Of a DNA stretch of 64,000 nucleotides, positions 24,746 through 38,347 are shown one piece after another; the first letter of the stretch is position 1; each line of letters begins with the position of its first letter. The DNA comes from Octopus bimaculoides (Eukaryota). Below the pieces are notes generated by a model. The model had not been told where the DNA came from. It worked only from the letters and a program-made list of their open reading frames with translations, and made no database searches. A program made the translations under genes and the position numbers. The stretch lies in contig NC_068984.1 in the NCBI RefSeq assembly GCF_001194135.2, forward strand, positions 48,850,270 through 48,914,269, in the 5' to 3' direction.

Positions 24746-25180
24746 GTTATGGCAGAATGTTGAGTGGAATTATCTACATAAGCGATGGGAAGCTGTTGAG
24801 CAAGACGGTAACGAGATCATTGGTGTAGGGGAAAGCATGTGGTATGGTAGGGCCAAAGCCTGAGGTACAGATTTGACATCGGGGGTTCAGAGAGGCACCT
24901 ATCGGCACAGGTCATGATAGTACAATGTGACCAGAAAGTGATAACCCAACAGATTGGAGATAATTTTAAGTATATACGCTGGAAATTTTGACAGGAGATA
25001 ATCATGGCACATACAATAGAAAGATGTAATGATGTTGATGGCAATAATATTGCTTTCCCTAAATTACTCGTTAGAGTGACGCCTCGTGAGTGAATTTGGC
25101 TGACAGAAAGTGTGTGTATGTGTGTAAGAATGCATGTATGAATGCATGTGTGTGTGCGTGTGCGTCTGTGTATATGTGTG

Positions 25181-25305
25181 CCCCAACCGGTTTTTACGAA
25201 CTGGTTTTGACTTGTCTACGTTTGCGTACCTTGGTAGTTTTGCAAAGGAATGGACAGAATAAATACCACAGTCTAATGATTGAAACAAGTAAAAGAAAGA
25301 GAAGG
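25181..25305 (+). mobile_element. SINE family A 3' half fragment
   Basis: ttgcaaagga..acagaataaatac..cacagtctaatgattgaaacaagtaaaaga, after a (TG)n. Confidence 0.6.
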
Positions 25306-25897
25306 TAAAAAGTATCTCACAAATTTTCTACATTAGAGGCCTTTCATCCCTTCTAAATAATGCAGATAGTTGTCTTTTTGTTTAGTTTCAGGTCAGTTGG
25401 CTCCATAACGTTCAAGCTATGATTGCTGTATATCTTCATTTGGGAATATCGTAGAAATTGTTTTATAATTTTTCCATAAATATATTTATTATTAGCATCA
25501 TTTTCTGCAGCGCAGTAGTATTAGTACAGAAGTAGTAGCATATTCATTCTGATGTGCAACAGGTTTTATATTTTAATTTGAATGAAAGATAAGTTCTGTT
25601 TTTGTTTTCCTCTTCCGAATACCGTACATTCCGCCATCATTTTCCAATATCACCAATTGTTTCAGTATAGCATTTTCCGTTGACTGACTGGTATCGGCTG
25701 TATCATTCAGTGTAAATTTAAATTCATCATTAACCTTGCATTCACTTTTGCAATCAGTTTTCAATTAAATGATTGCACATATATGGCTCTAGCCTCTCTC
25801 ACAATTTCAAATCATTTCCAGGACACGAATAACTTCATGATTTCAATTAGACGTCTATTACATTACAAACACATGCGTGCGCACACACGCGCACACA

Positions 25898-25937
<40 letters not shown>

Positions 25938-26429
25938 TATATATTCATACACAAATATAAACACAATAAACACACACACACGCACACAGACACATACACA
26001 AATATACGCATTATATCAAAACCTCATTCATATCAATACACAGTGATTTGAAGATATCTCTTGTCAAATTCAAAATCTCATTTAAACTTTTGCAGTGTTG
26101 CTTGCAGAACTATCCACTAGTGCGCTTTCCCGTTGACTTTTCTATGTAGCTGAGAATCCTGAATTTTATATAAAATGTGTGCTACTTCTTTCTAACGCTC
26201 ATGTGAAATAAATCTGCTGCAATACAGAAAAATACACATACTTCACCGCTTGCAGAAAATCAACCACTTTAGAAAGAAGATGGCTCTTAGCAAGACATGT
26301 CTTCACAAAAAAACATCTGTGCATTGCTCACTTCTTACGTTTTTTTCACGACTAAAAGCTGCAACTAACCATTTTGGTCTCCTGACACAAATGGTCTATA
26401 TCAATTTTGGAACATTTTTTCTTTTACCA

Positions 26430-26800
26430 TGTCGTTCATGACCGTTCCGCAAAACAAAGCCCAGCGTGATTAACAACACAAGAAATCCATACAGGACACT
26501 CTAGATACATCCACTTTAAATATAACTTTTCCCACTCCACCAGGGTCAAGAGGATACATGCATACGTGTGCGAAAATACCTCCAAACGCTTCAAACCAAC
26601 AAATTCACTGGCTCTCACAATGTCTCTTTCTTTGTCCGGAAGCAATGTGCCCGAGAGAAACTCTAAACACACCAACTCTTCAATCTATTTCGGTTTTCTC
26701 CCTTATCTGCCACTTCCTGTCATTACAGTGATATCTACCGACATTAGAAACAGTTTACAGTATACCCCATCCTCAAAAGATTAGCATGTCATATCTTGTA
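26430..26800 (+). mobile_element. Degraded CR1/L2/Jockey-type LINE relic (pre-RT)
   Basis: LQTNKFTGSHNVSFFVRKQCAREK..LFNLF..SATSC..*KQFTVYPILK resembles LD.NKA.GPD.IP..VLK.CA.EL...LF..S...G..P..WK.A.V.PI.K. Confidence 0.55.
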
Positions 26801-26860
26801 GAGCTCTGCCCCGCCATTCTCATTTCCAATGTCATAAGAAATGGAGATATTGTTAAGCAA

Positions 26861-26905
<45 letters not shown>

Positions 26906-27441
26906 CACTCACTCTTTCTCTCTCTCTCTCGCTCACTCTCTCTCTCTCATTAAAAATGAGCAGCACGCAATTAGAAGCCATACGATCGCTTCAAATAGAA
27001 CGTCCTCTCACTGCCGAGGATATTGCTTGCCGAATAGACATCAATAAAAAGTTACATCTGAAAGTGTGGACACTTTCTTAGGATCAGAAAGTACTTCATA
27101 CCTAGACACAATGTTATTGGTTCAGGTAAAACGCATTACGAGGCCTTACACCATCGATGAATTTTTTCACAATCATCGGAGTGCGGAGCGGTCCTCACGA
27201 ACGCTTGTTCATGAGATGGTTGTGAAGAGAAGAATAAAGACGGAATACGAATGTCTAACAATTAATATGGCGGTTTGTATGCCACGTCTGACACCACTGT
27301 TACGCAGCTTTGCTGCAATTTTCTTGTCTTCTATTCATACAGCCCTAACATGCATATTTGAGCACATTGAGTAAGGATTTTGACTAATTCACATAATGGA
27401 ACTCCATACGTAACGTATATTATCTCCTTGCTTTGGTTTGT

Positions 27442-27480
<39 letters not shown>

Positions 27481-28169
27481 ATAGTGGTCTGTGCTTCTCA
27501 CAGAACTGGCGAATTTTGCACAATTTCCAGTCAGACACTTGGACACTCGGAAGGCATGTGTCTCCACTTCCGTTAACGTAGTGTTTCACTCTTCTTTGCA
27601 TTAAGCGAACCACTACGCTCATTCACATCTCTAAAGATATCGGCTCTCTATTTCCAAGTCGTAGACTTCCAATTATTCGGTTCGAACTTTAACAGCGTTA
27701 CTCTTTCGGCTATCCGTGTCTGTACAGGACATGAGAACAAGACTTCTGCATGTCAAGTCTATTATATGAAAAGAGCAGCTGCCAATCCAGATCCATTATG
27801 CTATAGACAAATTATACTTTTGTATACCAATTCAATCTTTGCACCATCTTATCTCACTGTATTTCTCCCTTTCTCCCTCTCTAAGATTATCTCTATCTCT
27901 GTATCTCGATCTTTCCCTATATATATCTTCCACATACGCACATACACTTTTTCAATCGACAATGATCAGACAATGCAGCAGGTTGTACTGGGTTACATGA
28001 CATGTGATCTGTTGGATGGAAAAATAGACCTGTCAAATGGTAGATGAACTCGGAATAAACAACGGTCATACAGTAACCTGACTGTGTACATTTGCATATT
28101 ATATATATATGTGTGCATGTGTTTAGTGCACTGTTTGCATTTTATCAAATACATTATGGAAGAAATAAG

Positions 28170-28560
28170 TTAACTGGTTGCTATGGATTGGTGATACCAG
28201 TCTTCAATTGAAGCTCAATTGTTATTATGTACTGGTAAGGCGACTGCAGTGTTTGAAAAATTTCCAACGTAGATTGTGGGACAGTTCTCGTATTACACAT
28301 AAATGCCAAACTGTCTCTATAGTGCGGAAACTTGGACAGTATACTAGTATTTTGTTAGAAAGAGTATTCATATCTTCATGGCTTGCTTACCGATATATCT
28401 AAGCATTAAAAAAGCAGCGTTAGAATCTCAGTATAGAAACACCCAAATGTACCAATGCTCAGAAGTTTATTATTTCATTCCAAGCATATCCAGCTGCGAT
28501 AAGGGAACATACGTGAGAATTCCTGACTATAGGCTGCCAAAAGCAATCCTCTATTCTGGG
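28170..28560 (+). mobile_element. RTE-clade LINE, post-RT 3' fragment
   Basis: GKATAVFEKFQRRLWD, SAETWTVY and VRIPDYRLPKAILY in order; typical of the RTE C-terminus. Confidence 0.75.
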
Positions 28561-28783
28561 GGCTGTATTGATGCGTCAAGTAAAAACTTCAAATGCACCT
28601 ATGTAAAATCTCCAAGTGCACTGAAAGCTATGTTGATATGTATAATTAAGTACTGGGGTCAATTCAGTCGAATAAAAATTCTTTCAAAGCGGTGCCCCAG
28701 CATGGCTTCAGTTTAATGACTAAAAGAAGTAGAAAGTTGAAAATATACATAAATATACATACAAACATACATACATACATACG

Positions 28784-28814
<31 letters not shown>

Positions 28815-29787
28815 TTACACACATGCATACACACGTGTGTGTATTTGTGTGTGTGTGGTGTGTGTGCGTGTGTGTGTGTGTGTGTGTACTTGTTTGTTTA
28901 TTTGTGTTTGTGTATAGGGCTTCTGTCCTTCAAAATTGAGCATGTATCTGTAAGAAATGGGTTTTTTCCTGGCAATTCTGGTTCTTAATAGAAGACATTG
29001 CGGCTAACACGATCGACTGAAACAACATTAGTTTTATATTTAAAACTAATAAAGAACAAGAAAAAGAAAACAAGAATAGCAGTAAGGTGAATGGCAACCT
29101 GAAGAACCTGTCGAATCTGTTGATATAAAAATTAGAAAACTGTTGTTAAGCTCAGATTTACATAAAGATTTTCTTGAGCCTACGAAAAACCGCCATTTGT
29201 AGTGTCCAGTAACAAACGGAGAAAATAACTCCATTATAAGATAAGTATGTCTTCAAAGACAGCTAAGTGATAGACACATGTCACAAAGTCATTGGGAGTC
29301 GCTGGTTTTCCCATATAATGCCTAACGTAGCGACACATTAAGTAATTATATGAATCACTCTGATTTCCGGTTCATACTAACTGTATGAAATATCAAGTAA
29401 AATCACCTTTATTTATAATAATTTTATTTTTTCAGTGTTAGCCATTTATCACGAAAGAACTAATATATTTCGTCCTACGAAGTGCACTTTGCTACTTGTG
29501 TTCATATCATCTCAAGCTAAATTTTGTCTCTCATCAATGAGTATGGTACGGTAAATCGCCAGGAATACTATAATGTAAAACGGATTGCCATTCAAAGTCT
29601 CTAATGATATTTTGCGTTCTGAGGTCCAATCTCGAGATACATATTTGGGATGTGGACTTAATTTATCATCAAGTTTAATACCAACAGTTGGCGCTTGGTT
29701 GTCTTTAGCGGACTCTACTCTGTGACAGTCATTTTTGATCGTGCCTGCAGTGGCATGGCAGGATACCTCCAATATCCTAACACACCC

Positions 29788-29820
<33 letters not shown>

Positions 29821-30304
29821 NNNNNNNNNNNNNNNNNNNNNNNNNNNNNNNNNNNGTGTGTGTGTGTGTCTGTGAATATATATAGTTGAGAACAAGAGAC
29901 AAAGTGAGGTGTTTGAGCAATAAGCAAGTGTATTAGTTTGACACACGGGAAAAATGGAAAAGTCTGTTACGTTTCCAGCCTACGCTCTTCACCAAGGAGA
30001 TAATAATAATACAAAATCAAGATTGAATGAAGAGGAATTAATAATGTGCTACTTAATAATGAGAGGGTGTGTGTGAGTGTATGAGTGTGCATATGTGAAT
30101 AAGGGCGAGTGACTGACGTGTGTGAGTGTGTATCGTCTGTACTTGTGTGTGTTGTATGTCGCAGTTGATGTGTGCTTTTCCATGTGGTGTGTGTGTGTGT
30201 GTGACCAAACGGTGTGCATCTGTATGGTGTATATGTGTGGGCCAAAGTTATTTTGGCAATATAAGTTTCGAGCGTTAATGCGTGTTGCGTGTATATGTAT
30301 ATAT

Positions 30305-30790
30305 AGCATGTGTGGAGGTGTCAGGTTGGGGGTCAGGTCGAGGGTCCAGAAAGTGTTTCAGAGCAAGAAGTCCTTCGTTGTGTGGGATCACTGTATATAA
30401 ACTCTTGATGTCAAGAGTGAACAAAAATTTAGAATGGGCCAGAAGGGGGGAAGGAGAAAGAGTTAAAGAGACGGAGAGCATAGTTAGTGTCGAGGGTGTG
30501 GGGGAGCGAAGCCACTAGGGGGAAAGGACACGATCCAGGTATTTGGAGAAGATTTTCATGGGGTAGTTGAAGACAGAGACAATGGGGCTGCCAGGGTTGT
30601 TGGGCTTGTGAATTTGGGTAAGTAAATAGTAACGGTGAATGGAGTGTGGACAATGTGGTTGGAGGTGGTGGGAGGGAGACAGGAGGAGTAAATGAGGTCA
30701 TGAATAGTGGAGGACACAGTCTGTTGGTTGTTAAGCATGGGGTTGGAACGCAGGGGGTAATAGAAGGAGACGGAATGGAGTAGAAAAATC
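30305..30790 (-). mobile_element. Penelope-like RT, N-terminal fragment (frameshifted)
   Basis: Across frames: QQTVSSTIHDLI..LPPT.SN.IV..P..LPK.(HK)P..(PGRPIVS)..PLVASLP..DTNYALRLFNSFSF..KFLFTLDIKSLYTVIPHNEGLLALKHFLD. D(I/V)xSLYT.IP is PLE RT motif A; truncated before motifs B/C. Confidence 0.9.
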
Positions 30791-30917
30791 CGGGCTACAT
30801 ATGTTTCATAGCGAGTAGAACCTGAGAAGTTGTAAAATCCAAGAGAGGTGTATGCTGCCGGATTGTCTTCAGACCAAGGATAACTTGATTATGCAAATAT
30901 ATATCGCATATGTTGAC

Positions 30918-30920
<3 letters not shown>

Positions 30921-30994
<74 letters not shown>

Positions 30995-31020
30995 ACACAC
31001 ATATATATATATATATATAA
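30921..31020. repeat. (CA)n-(TA)n microsatellite
   Basis: Direct inspection. Confidence 0.95.
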
Positions 31021-31526
31021 AATTGACAAAATAGAGCCAACATGAATAAGTACGGTTAGACAGCTATTTGATAAACACTGCACATGTTTTGATACAACAT
31101 ATATCTACATAGACATAGGATTTAAATTAAGTGACGGTTTACCTGTATAATGGGATCGTTGCTTCCGATTCTAACATATGCCTTAGCTAGCACATGTGCT
31201 AGCATCGAAGTGAAAGGTTTACTAACGGGGGCAGCGATTGTATATCATTTTAAGAGATACAACTGGATTCCATTATCCAGGTAAGCCGTTGCTTAATTTA
31301 AATCCTGTGTATATGTGGATCTATGTTGTATCGAAACATGTGTAGTGTTTGTTAAGTAGCTGTCGAACCGTATTCCTTGTTGACTCTATTTTTTGAATTT
31401 TTACTTTCACACCCGATGAATCCCCAAATTTAGACTTGGAAATATATTGTAATACTACAGGCTATTTGGTAATTCTAAGGGTGAACGAGTTCTATTTTGT
31501 TCTCTATTATGTTGCTAACGGAATAC

Positions 31527-31578
<52 letters not shown>

Positions 31579-31819
31579 TGTGTGGGTGGATGTGCGCGCG
31601 CATGTTTATGTGTTGCATGTGTGTGTACAAGTAGTCACATAGAAAGAAATGAAGATAGGGAGTTACAGAAATAGATAGACACATACATAATTACATACAT
31701 GCATTCATACGTATATATACACAATCTCTGGCACGTGTCATTGATCTTAAACAAACATTTAGAATATATACTGCAATTTCGAAATAATTTTCTGCTTCAC
31801 CAACTTCAAAGCAAGATTC

Positions 31820-31950
31820 CTTAACTACTACTACTACCACCACCACCACCAACACCATCACCACCACCACCAACACTACTACTACTACTGCTACTACTAC
31901 TACTAGGACAACTACTACTAGGACACCAAGAACAACAATAACACTACCTC
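31820..31950. repeat. (ACT)n/(ACC)n trinucleotide tract
   Basis: Direct inspection; gives the poly-Val antisense ORF 31691-31969. Confidence 0.9.
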
Positions 31951-34389
31951 CACTGTAAAATTGAAACAATTGCTGAGGTTAAATTGGAAAATGTATTTCA
32001 CTCGCTAAAACCTATCATACTCATAATCAGAAATAAGGTATCAGTACCATATAACGATACATTAATCAAACATACAGTCCGGCTATTATTAACAGTAATA
32101 AATGAAATGTGACTGATAATGGTTTCACAATAAGGATAGACTGATATGCAATATTATCTACCAAGAGACACATGAATGCTTCATATTCATTGTTGATGTT
32201 TAAATCTATTTCAGCTCCGGTTGAGCAGATCTATGATCAAATGATTCATAATTATGGATCATTGCGTCCTTCCATCTGGCAATACATTTCTAGAACTGGC
32301 TATATTTACTTTCTTCTTTACGGTAGTTGAGTCAGGTCGGTTTTTATTTCTAACAGATCGAAATGGAGGTTTCCTGGTTGATCGTATTGCATCTTTTGCA
32401 ACGACGAAATATTTTGTTTTGACTTTTCATCACACTGTGAGCATGGAATCGTGGATTTTGGATTTGGAAGCTTATGTAGAGACAGTCATGGGTATATTCT
32501 TAAACACCGTCTCTACCGCGTTACTTGGATCTGAGTTAAAGAACATTTGATGTTAAAAGTAAAAAACTTTATAACGTCGTGAAAGAGTTTTGACCAATTT
32601 AATCCCACAAACTCCTATCCATCATATTTAATGGTCACCGCATCATTATTCACCCAGTCACTATCATTGTTCATCCACTAGTCTTTGAACTGAAAAAGCG
32701 ATGGGCATGACTTTTCCAGTTCAGATTAATTCAGAATGTTAAAAAAAAATAAGTCGGTAATATGAGTGTTTTACAATTCGAAAAATTTGCTCCATCGATG
32801 TAGCGACTTTTGATCGCTTCCATATCGCACTGCTCACGTATAGTAATTTTTGGTACTTTGTACTTCCATGAGTTGTGAACTTTGCGGGGAAATCTTATGT
32901 AGAAAAGTACTTGGATGACTACCTTAATCCGATATTTGTTTTAAATGGACTATGGCCATTCCTTTTTAAGAAAGTAAGATTATTTGAAGGCGATTTTATA
33001 CCTATTTCTAGCTGTTTGATTGACTGCGATGAGGATATTGATAATGTTGCTATTGGTATTGACTATGATGATACCTTTGATTGGAGTGTTTTCTTGTTGC
33101 TTATGCTGTTCCAGAAGAAACATTGTTGTGTGCTCCAGATATATGAATCTATAAAATGCTCGATTACCAGCTGAGGCTTTGATGTTTCATTTACACTTTC
33201 AGCAGTGATCCTCTTCAGGACACTTAATGCTGGCTCGACCTGATCATATACAGAAACAGAATTAGTTTCGATCCTGGAGCTTGCTTACCACCAGTTGTGT
33301 ATCGTTATATGTAAATGAGAGGAAAATCATCCTTTAGTCGCGCAGTGATTTGTCAGGTTTAGATTCTACTGCTGGAAATGTTTAAGTCGCTTCTGCTGCT
33401 CGATATAGTACTTCTAAATTCTACAGTTCTTACATTTATTTAACAGTGGATTGGTACGACCTTGGTGTACCTATTTAAATAATAGTAGTTTCTTAGAAAC
33501 TATAGTGATGTGTCTTGTCTTCAGACCAGCGATGATAAGATCTGAACTTATATCATTGGCACGAAGCTATGGACACGTTTCAATCTTAAAAAATTTCACC
33601 AAGGTGGCAAAGTTATATCAAACCAACTGCATGTGGTCAAAACCTTTTGACACGCAAGGAAAGAACTATAATCACGTTGGTCATTAGTGATTTGCATATT
33701 TGGAAAAGAAAAATGAGAATGATAAAAATCGAACAAAAGAAAATAACTTATGTGGGCAAACGGCATTAATTTAGATAATTCAGGTAAAACGATATTGTCT
33801 ATGTCAGAATGATTAACCACGTTAACATTAAACACACTAAAGAAATTGTGGTGATTTTATGTACTTGGCAAGTTGAATAACTAGTAACATGTTCCTGGTT
33901 ATGTTCCTAGAAGCATCTAGATTCAACGGTGTAAGAAAGCAGCTTATGTTCCTCAATTTAATCCTGTTTTAGGGTGTGAAATTGGGCCCTGTGTACACTA
34001 ACTTCTCATAAAGGACACACATCATTATTACTACGATGTAATGAGATGCGGCTTTGTCGAAAATAATCTTTATCTGATAATGCATTGGTGTTTTTCCTGC
34101 TCTTTCCGGCTATTAATTGTCTAATTATATCTAGACGTTTATATTCGAAATTCTTCCATTGAATATACAGTATATTATGGGTGAATATACGTGTGAGCGT
34201 GTGTGTGTGTGTGTGTGTGTGTGTNNNNNNNNNNGTGTGAGTGTGTGTGTGCGTGTGTGTGTGTGCGTGTGTGTGTGTGTGTGTTTGCCAAGTGTGTATA
34301 ATTTATATATTAAATTTTCACTTATAGTTAACTATTTGATTCTCAGTCAAGCGCTTCGTGCAAAAATATTTTCTTTTCTCTAATAGCAG

Positions 34390-34985
34390 AGAAGCCAAAA
34401 TAAGCCTCACTCTCATGATAATTCACCCCCTTCTCTATCGTCTGTCATCCTTAACATCTTCTGTCACTTCAAATATCATTACTTTCATCTGTATTACCAT
34501 TATCGATATTACGGTCTACATCATCATCATCATCATCATAGCAATTGATATAATCGTATCTTTTTTTTTTGCCTTTGTATGTCTACTCTTCCTCCTCCTC
34601 CTCCTCAACATTATTACAATCGCTGGCCTTATTGTCTTTATCACTACAACACACCTACTAACATTATCATCCCCGTTATCACAATCTTAGTATCATCTTC
34701 ATTATCATTGTTATTTAACTCATTTTCACCACCAATGTTACTACCATATATCTTATTCTTCCTGCATATCCTCATCAAAATCAGCATCATCTTCATCGTT
34801 AATCATCATCACGATTATTAAGAACTATAGTTTCCATTTTAGTCACTGTCTTCACGATACTCAAATTCATTAGAAATTTTAATCATCATACTCATGGTCA
34901 TGATCCTTCTGAGCATTATCATCATTGTCGTCTTCATCGTCTTCTTCCTGCTCATCGTCGTCATCACTAGCATCACCATTGTTAC
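34390..34985. repeat. Degenerate (ATC)n/(ATT)n/(CTC)n low-complexity tract
   Basis: Direct inspection. Confidence 0.8.
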
Positions 34986-35939
34986 TACCATTTCCTTATA
35001 GAGAGGAATTTATTTCTTTAGACGGACGAGAAAGAAGAAGCAGACCTGGGAAACTTGTCTTGCTAATATTCTTCCTGAAAATGTAGATGTTACTCTTGTT
35101 ACAGTTTTTGCTATCATAATTTGATGTGGAAATCGATCCATTAAGATTGTGCTGTTACTGCTGAAGCAGCAGCAGTTGTTTCAGCCATAGAGTTAACTGT
35201 TAATCGGTTTATCATTGTTATTTCAATTGTCTAAACCCAGACGACCAGTGGTCATCTCGTGTTTTCTATTTGGATCTAGTGTCTAGTACAATACTGTGTT
35301 GTGTGACTGTCGATTTTCAAGTTCATTCTATGTGATTTGAGAGAAAATTGACTGTGTTTAATAGAATGACCAGCAGACTATTTCTCTCTTGCCTGTCATG
35401 TTCTTGTTTATTGCTATTTTTCTTCGTCTTTTTATTGGTATTGGCGGTTCATTCGTTTTAGCTATTAGGGAAATTACTTTTGCTCTTTTTCTTCTGGTTG
35501 TTTATTCCTGTTACAGATCTGATCGAGAAAACCTATTATCAATGGCTTACCAAGTACGACGACTCTTATTTTTAGGGATAGTTTATCTAAGATAACGTCT
35601 TCATATGCATCTAGATAATAAGACTGTAGTACGTATTTTTTGTCAATCGGGAAACCGTGAAACCATGTAGAGGCTCTCTCGTTCGTTCATTTTTTTTTTA
35701 ATCGTTAGTGGTGTTACTAAAAATGTTTCCTGTTTACTTTTACTATTCTTGTTTTCATCGTAAACTTTATAGTTGCAAATTAATTCCAAGATATAACTTA
35801 TACCCTTAGGTTGTATCAATGAGATGTTTGTCCCCGTTTTAAGCAAGTCCGTATCATGCTTTTCTTAAGATTATGTTACAGAGGAGGTAAACTGTGAAAA
35901 AGAGATTTTTGTCTCTTTTCTTCTTTAGGTAGTAAGGGC

Positions 35940-36330
35940 TTCAAGGGATATGTGAACACTAGGTGTTCAGAGTGGAAGAGAATCCCATTTATGCTAGTGT
36001 TTTGATCCTTAATATCTTCACTTTGAAAGCGTGGGCTGCATCCTGGCTGGAAATACGGGAAACTCTCAGCTGTCATATTATTTGCCACTATTTGATATGA
36101 AAATTGCACCTTTCAGGATGCTAACACACAGCACCTGCACGTCGGATACGTTATGTCGTTTGAAGATCACTTTCTGTGTTACTTGAGCAGATCCCATTGC
36201 AAGTCCTCCAATGTGCCTTTACGTCTCTGACTCTGAGGAATCAAAGCATTGAAATCGTGGACAGATTTATCTAAAATCTTTCTTTTTCTCACCTCTCTGG
36301 CGAGGCCTTTGGTATTCAAGCTAGATTCGT
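35940..36330 (-). mobile_element. Possible RTE-like LINE 3' relic
   Basis: QPGCSPRFQSEDIKDQ loosely resembles G.R..GRP.LR.KD; weak. Confidence 0.3.
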
Positions 36331-37959
36331 TAAATTGGCATCTACAAGTTTGTAAATTTAGGCTTCCTTTGTTCTGCCTTTATAAGGCATAATGAGTTGA
36401 TCAGAAACACTCGAGTGGAGTACAATTTTCGGCTTCACGCCACTCCTGCTGATGATTTCTGGGTGATTCTCATATCTAATTCAGTTGTTGGCTGTTAAGC
36501 AGTTTGTTAGAACAGTTAATGAGCTGGAACAAAAGAGAAAGCGCACTTAGATACACTAAATAAAAATGCCGCCGGTGGTAACTTTGATTTCATCTATGGG
36601 ATCTCTATAAGATGAAATAAAATGCTGATATCTGACACTGGAGAATGGATGCATATTTATATGATTAGTGTTCTGTAAATTATATCGATTATATTAGAAA
36701 CTTAATGCTTTTTTTTCTGGATCAGCATAACAAGATTGAGTGCAAACGTGATCCTGCTATGATGACAATGCACAACACAGAAGAGAGATACTAAATTTTT
36801 GCTGAACTTTTTATAAGTAACGTAGTTTTTTCTGTCATTCCACCGTCTTAATAAAATTAAACATGTAAATACCATTAGTAGTTTTAAGTGGTTTCATCTG
36901 AAATTTATCCTTAACCTTAGTCAAAACATAACAATAATTTGTGTTCCGATGATAGTACCTTAACATTGCTATTTCTAGTAGCTAAGTTGAGGACATATTG
37001 CTGTTCCTGTTTATTTCAGTTTTTTATTGCAGTAATTCGTTAGCAGTAATTCTAAGACTAGAATGACAGAAAAAACTACTTTGCAAGAGTCCTGATGTGA
37101 AATCGTGTGTTGAAACAGATATTGTTGCATTTCGGGATGTTCATTTTGTATGCATGCATATATACATGTATGTATATATATATATATNNNNNNNNNNNNN
37201 NNNNNNNNNNNNNNNNNNNNNNNNNNNNNNNNNNNNNNNNNNNNNNNNNNNNNNNNNNNNNNNNNNNNNNNNNNNNNNNNNNNNNNNNNNNNNNNNNNNN
37301 NNNNNNNNNNNNNNNNNNNNNNNNNNNNNNNNNNNNNNNNNNNNNNNNNNNNNNNNNNNNNNNNNNNNNNNNNNNNNNNNNNNNNNNNNNNNNNNNNNNN
37401 NNNNNNNNNNNNNNNNNNNNNNNNNNNNNNNNNNNNNNNNNNNNNNNNNNNNNNNNNNNNNNNNNNNNNNNNNNNNNNNNNNNNNNNNNNNNNNNNNNNN
37501 NNNNNNNNNNNNNNNNNNNNNNNNNNNNNNNNNNNNNNNNNNNNNNNNNNNNNNNNNNNNNNNNNNNNNNNNNNNNNNNNNNNNNNNNNNNNNNNNNNNN
37601 NNNNNNNNNNNNNNNNNNNNNNNNNNNNNNNNNNNNNNNNNNNNNNNNNNNNNNNNNNNNNNNNNNNNNNNNNNNNNNNNNNNNNNNNNNNNNNNNNNNN
37701 NNNNNNNNNNNNNNNNNNNNNNNNNNNNNNNNNNNNNNNNNNNNNNNNNNNNNNNNNNNNNNNNNNNNNNNNNNNNNNNNNNNNNNNNNNNNNNNNNNNN
37801 NNNNNNNNNNNNNNNNNNNNNNNNNNNNNNNNNNNNNNNNNNNNNNNNNNNNNNNNNNNNNNNNNNNNNNNNNNNNNNNNNNNNNNNNNNNNNNNNNNNN
37901 NNNNNNNNNNNNNNNNNNNNNNNNNNNNNNNNNNNNNNNNNNNNNNNNNNNNNNNNNNN

Positions 37960-37995
<36 letters not shown>

Positions 37996-38050
37996 AGAGA
38001 GAGAGGGGTGTATGTGTGTGTGTAAAGTAAAGATCCTGTTTGATCATGAA

Positions 38051-38347
38051 TGTCCATGTGATTGCACCTAGAAATTTATCCTCCGAGACACAAGTCTGAG
38101 CAAGATTGTTTTTATGAAAGACCAGCAGTCACCCATGCATACTAGCCTTCCCTCTCTACCGATGTTATCCAAGGGAAAGGTAAAGTTCAATACAGGTTGG
38201 TACCTGGGACGTCGCAACTTATATCTGCAAAGAAGTGAACTAGAGCAACATGAAATGAAGTGTCTTGCTCAAGAACAAAACACACAAACCAGTCTGATTA
38301 TCGAACTCACTACTTCATGATTGTGAACCCGACAATGTAACCACTGA
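38051..38347 (-). mobile_element. SINE family B
   Basis: ccatgtgattgcacctagaaattt..cctccgag..accgatgttatccaagggaaagg..gaaatgaagtgtcttgctcaag..; collinear with 9912-10205. Confidence 0.9.

Noticed and set aside
25573-25764. 63-codon minus-strand ORF (KTDCKSECKVNDEF..)
   Set aside because: No usable splice acceptor or start context and no recognisable motif.
27095-27150. NVIGSGKTHY, P-loop-like
   Set aside because: Lacks the first G of GxxxxGKT, and the frame closes within a few codons.
31186-31203. 18-bp perfect palindrome GCTAGCACATGTGCTAGC
   Set aside because: 9-bp arms are expected roughly 0.2-0.3 times per 64 kb; no supporting context.
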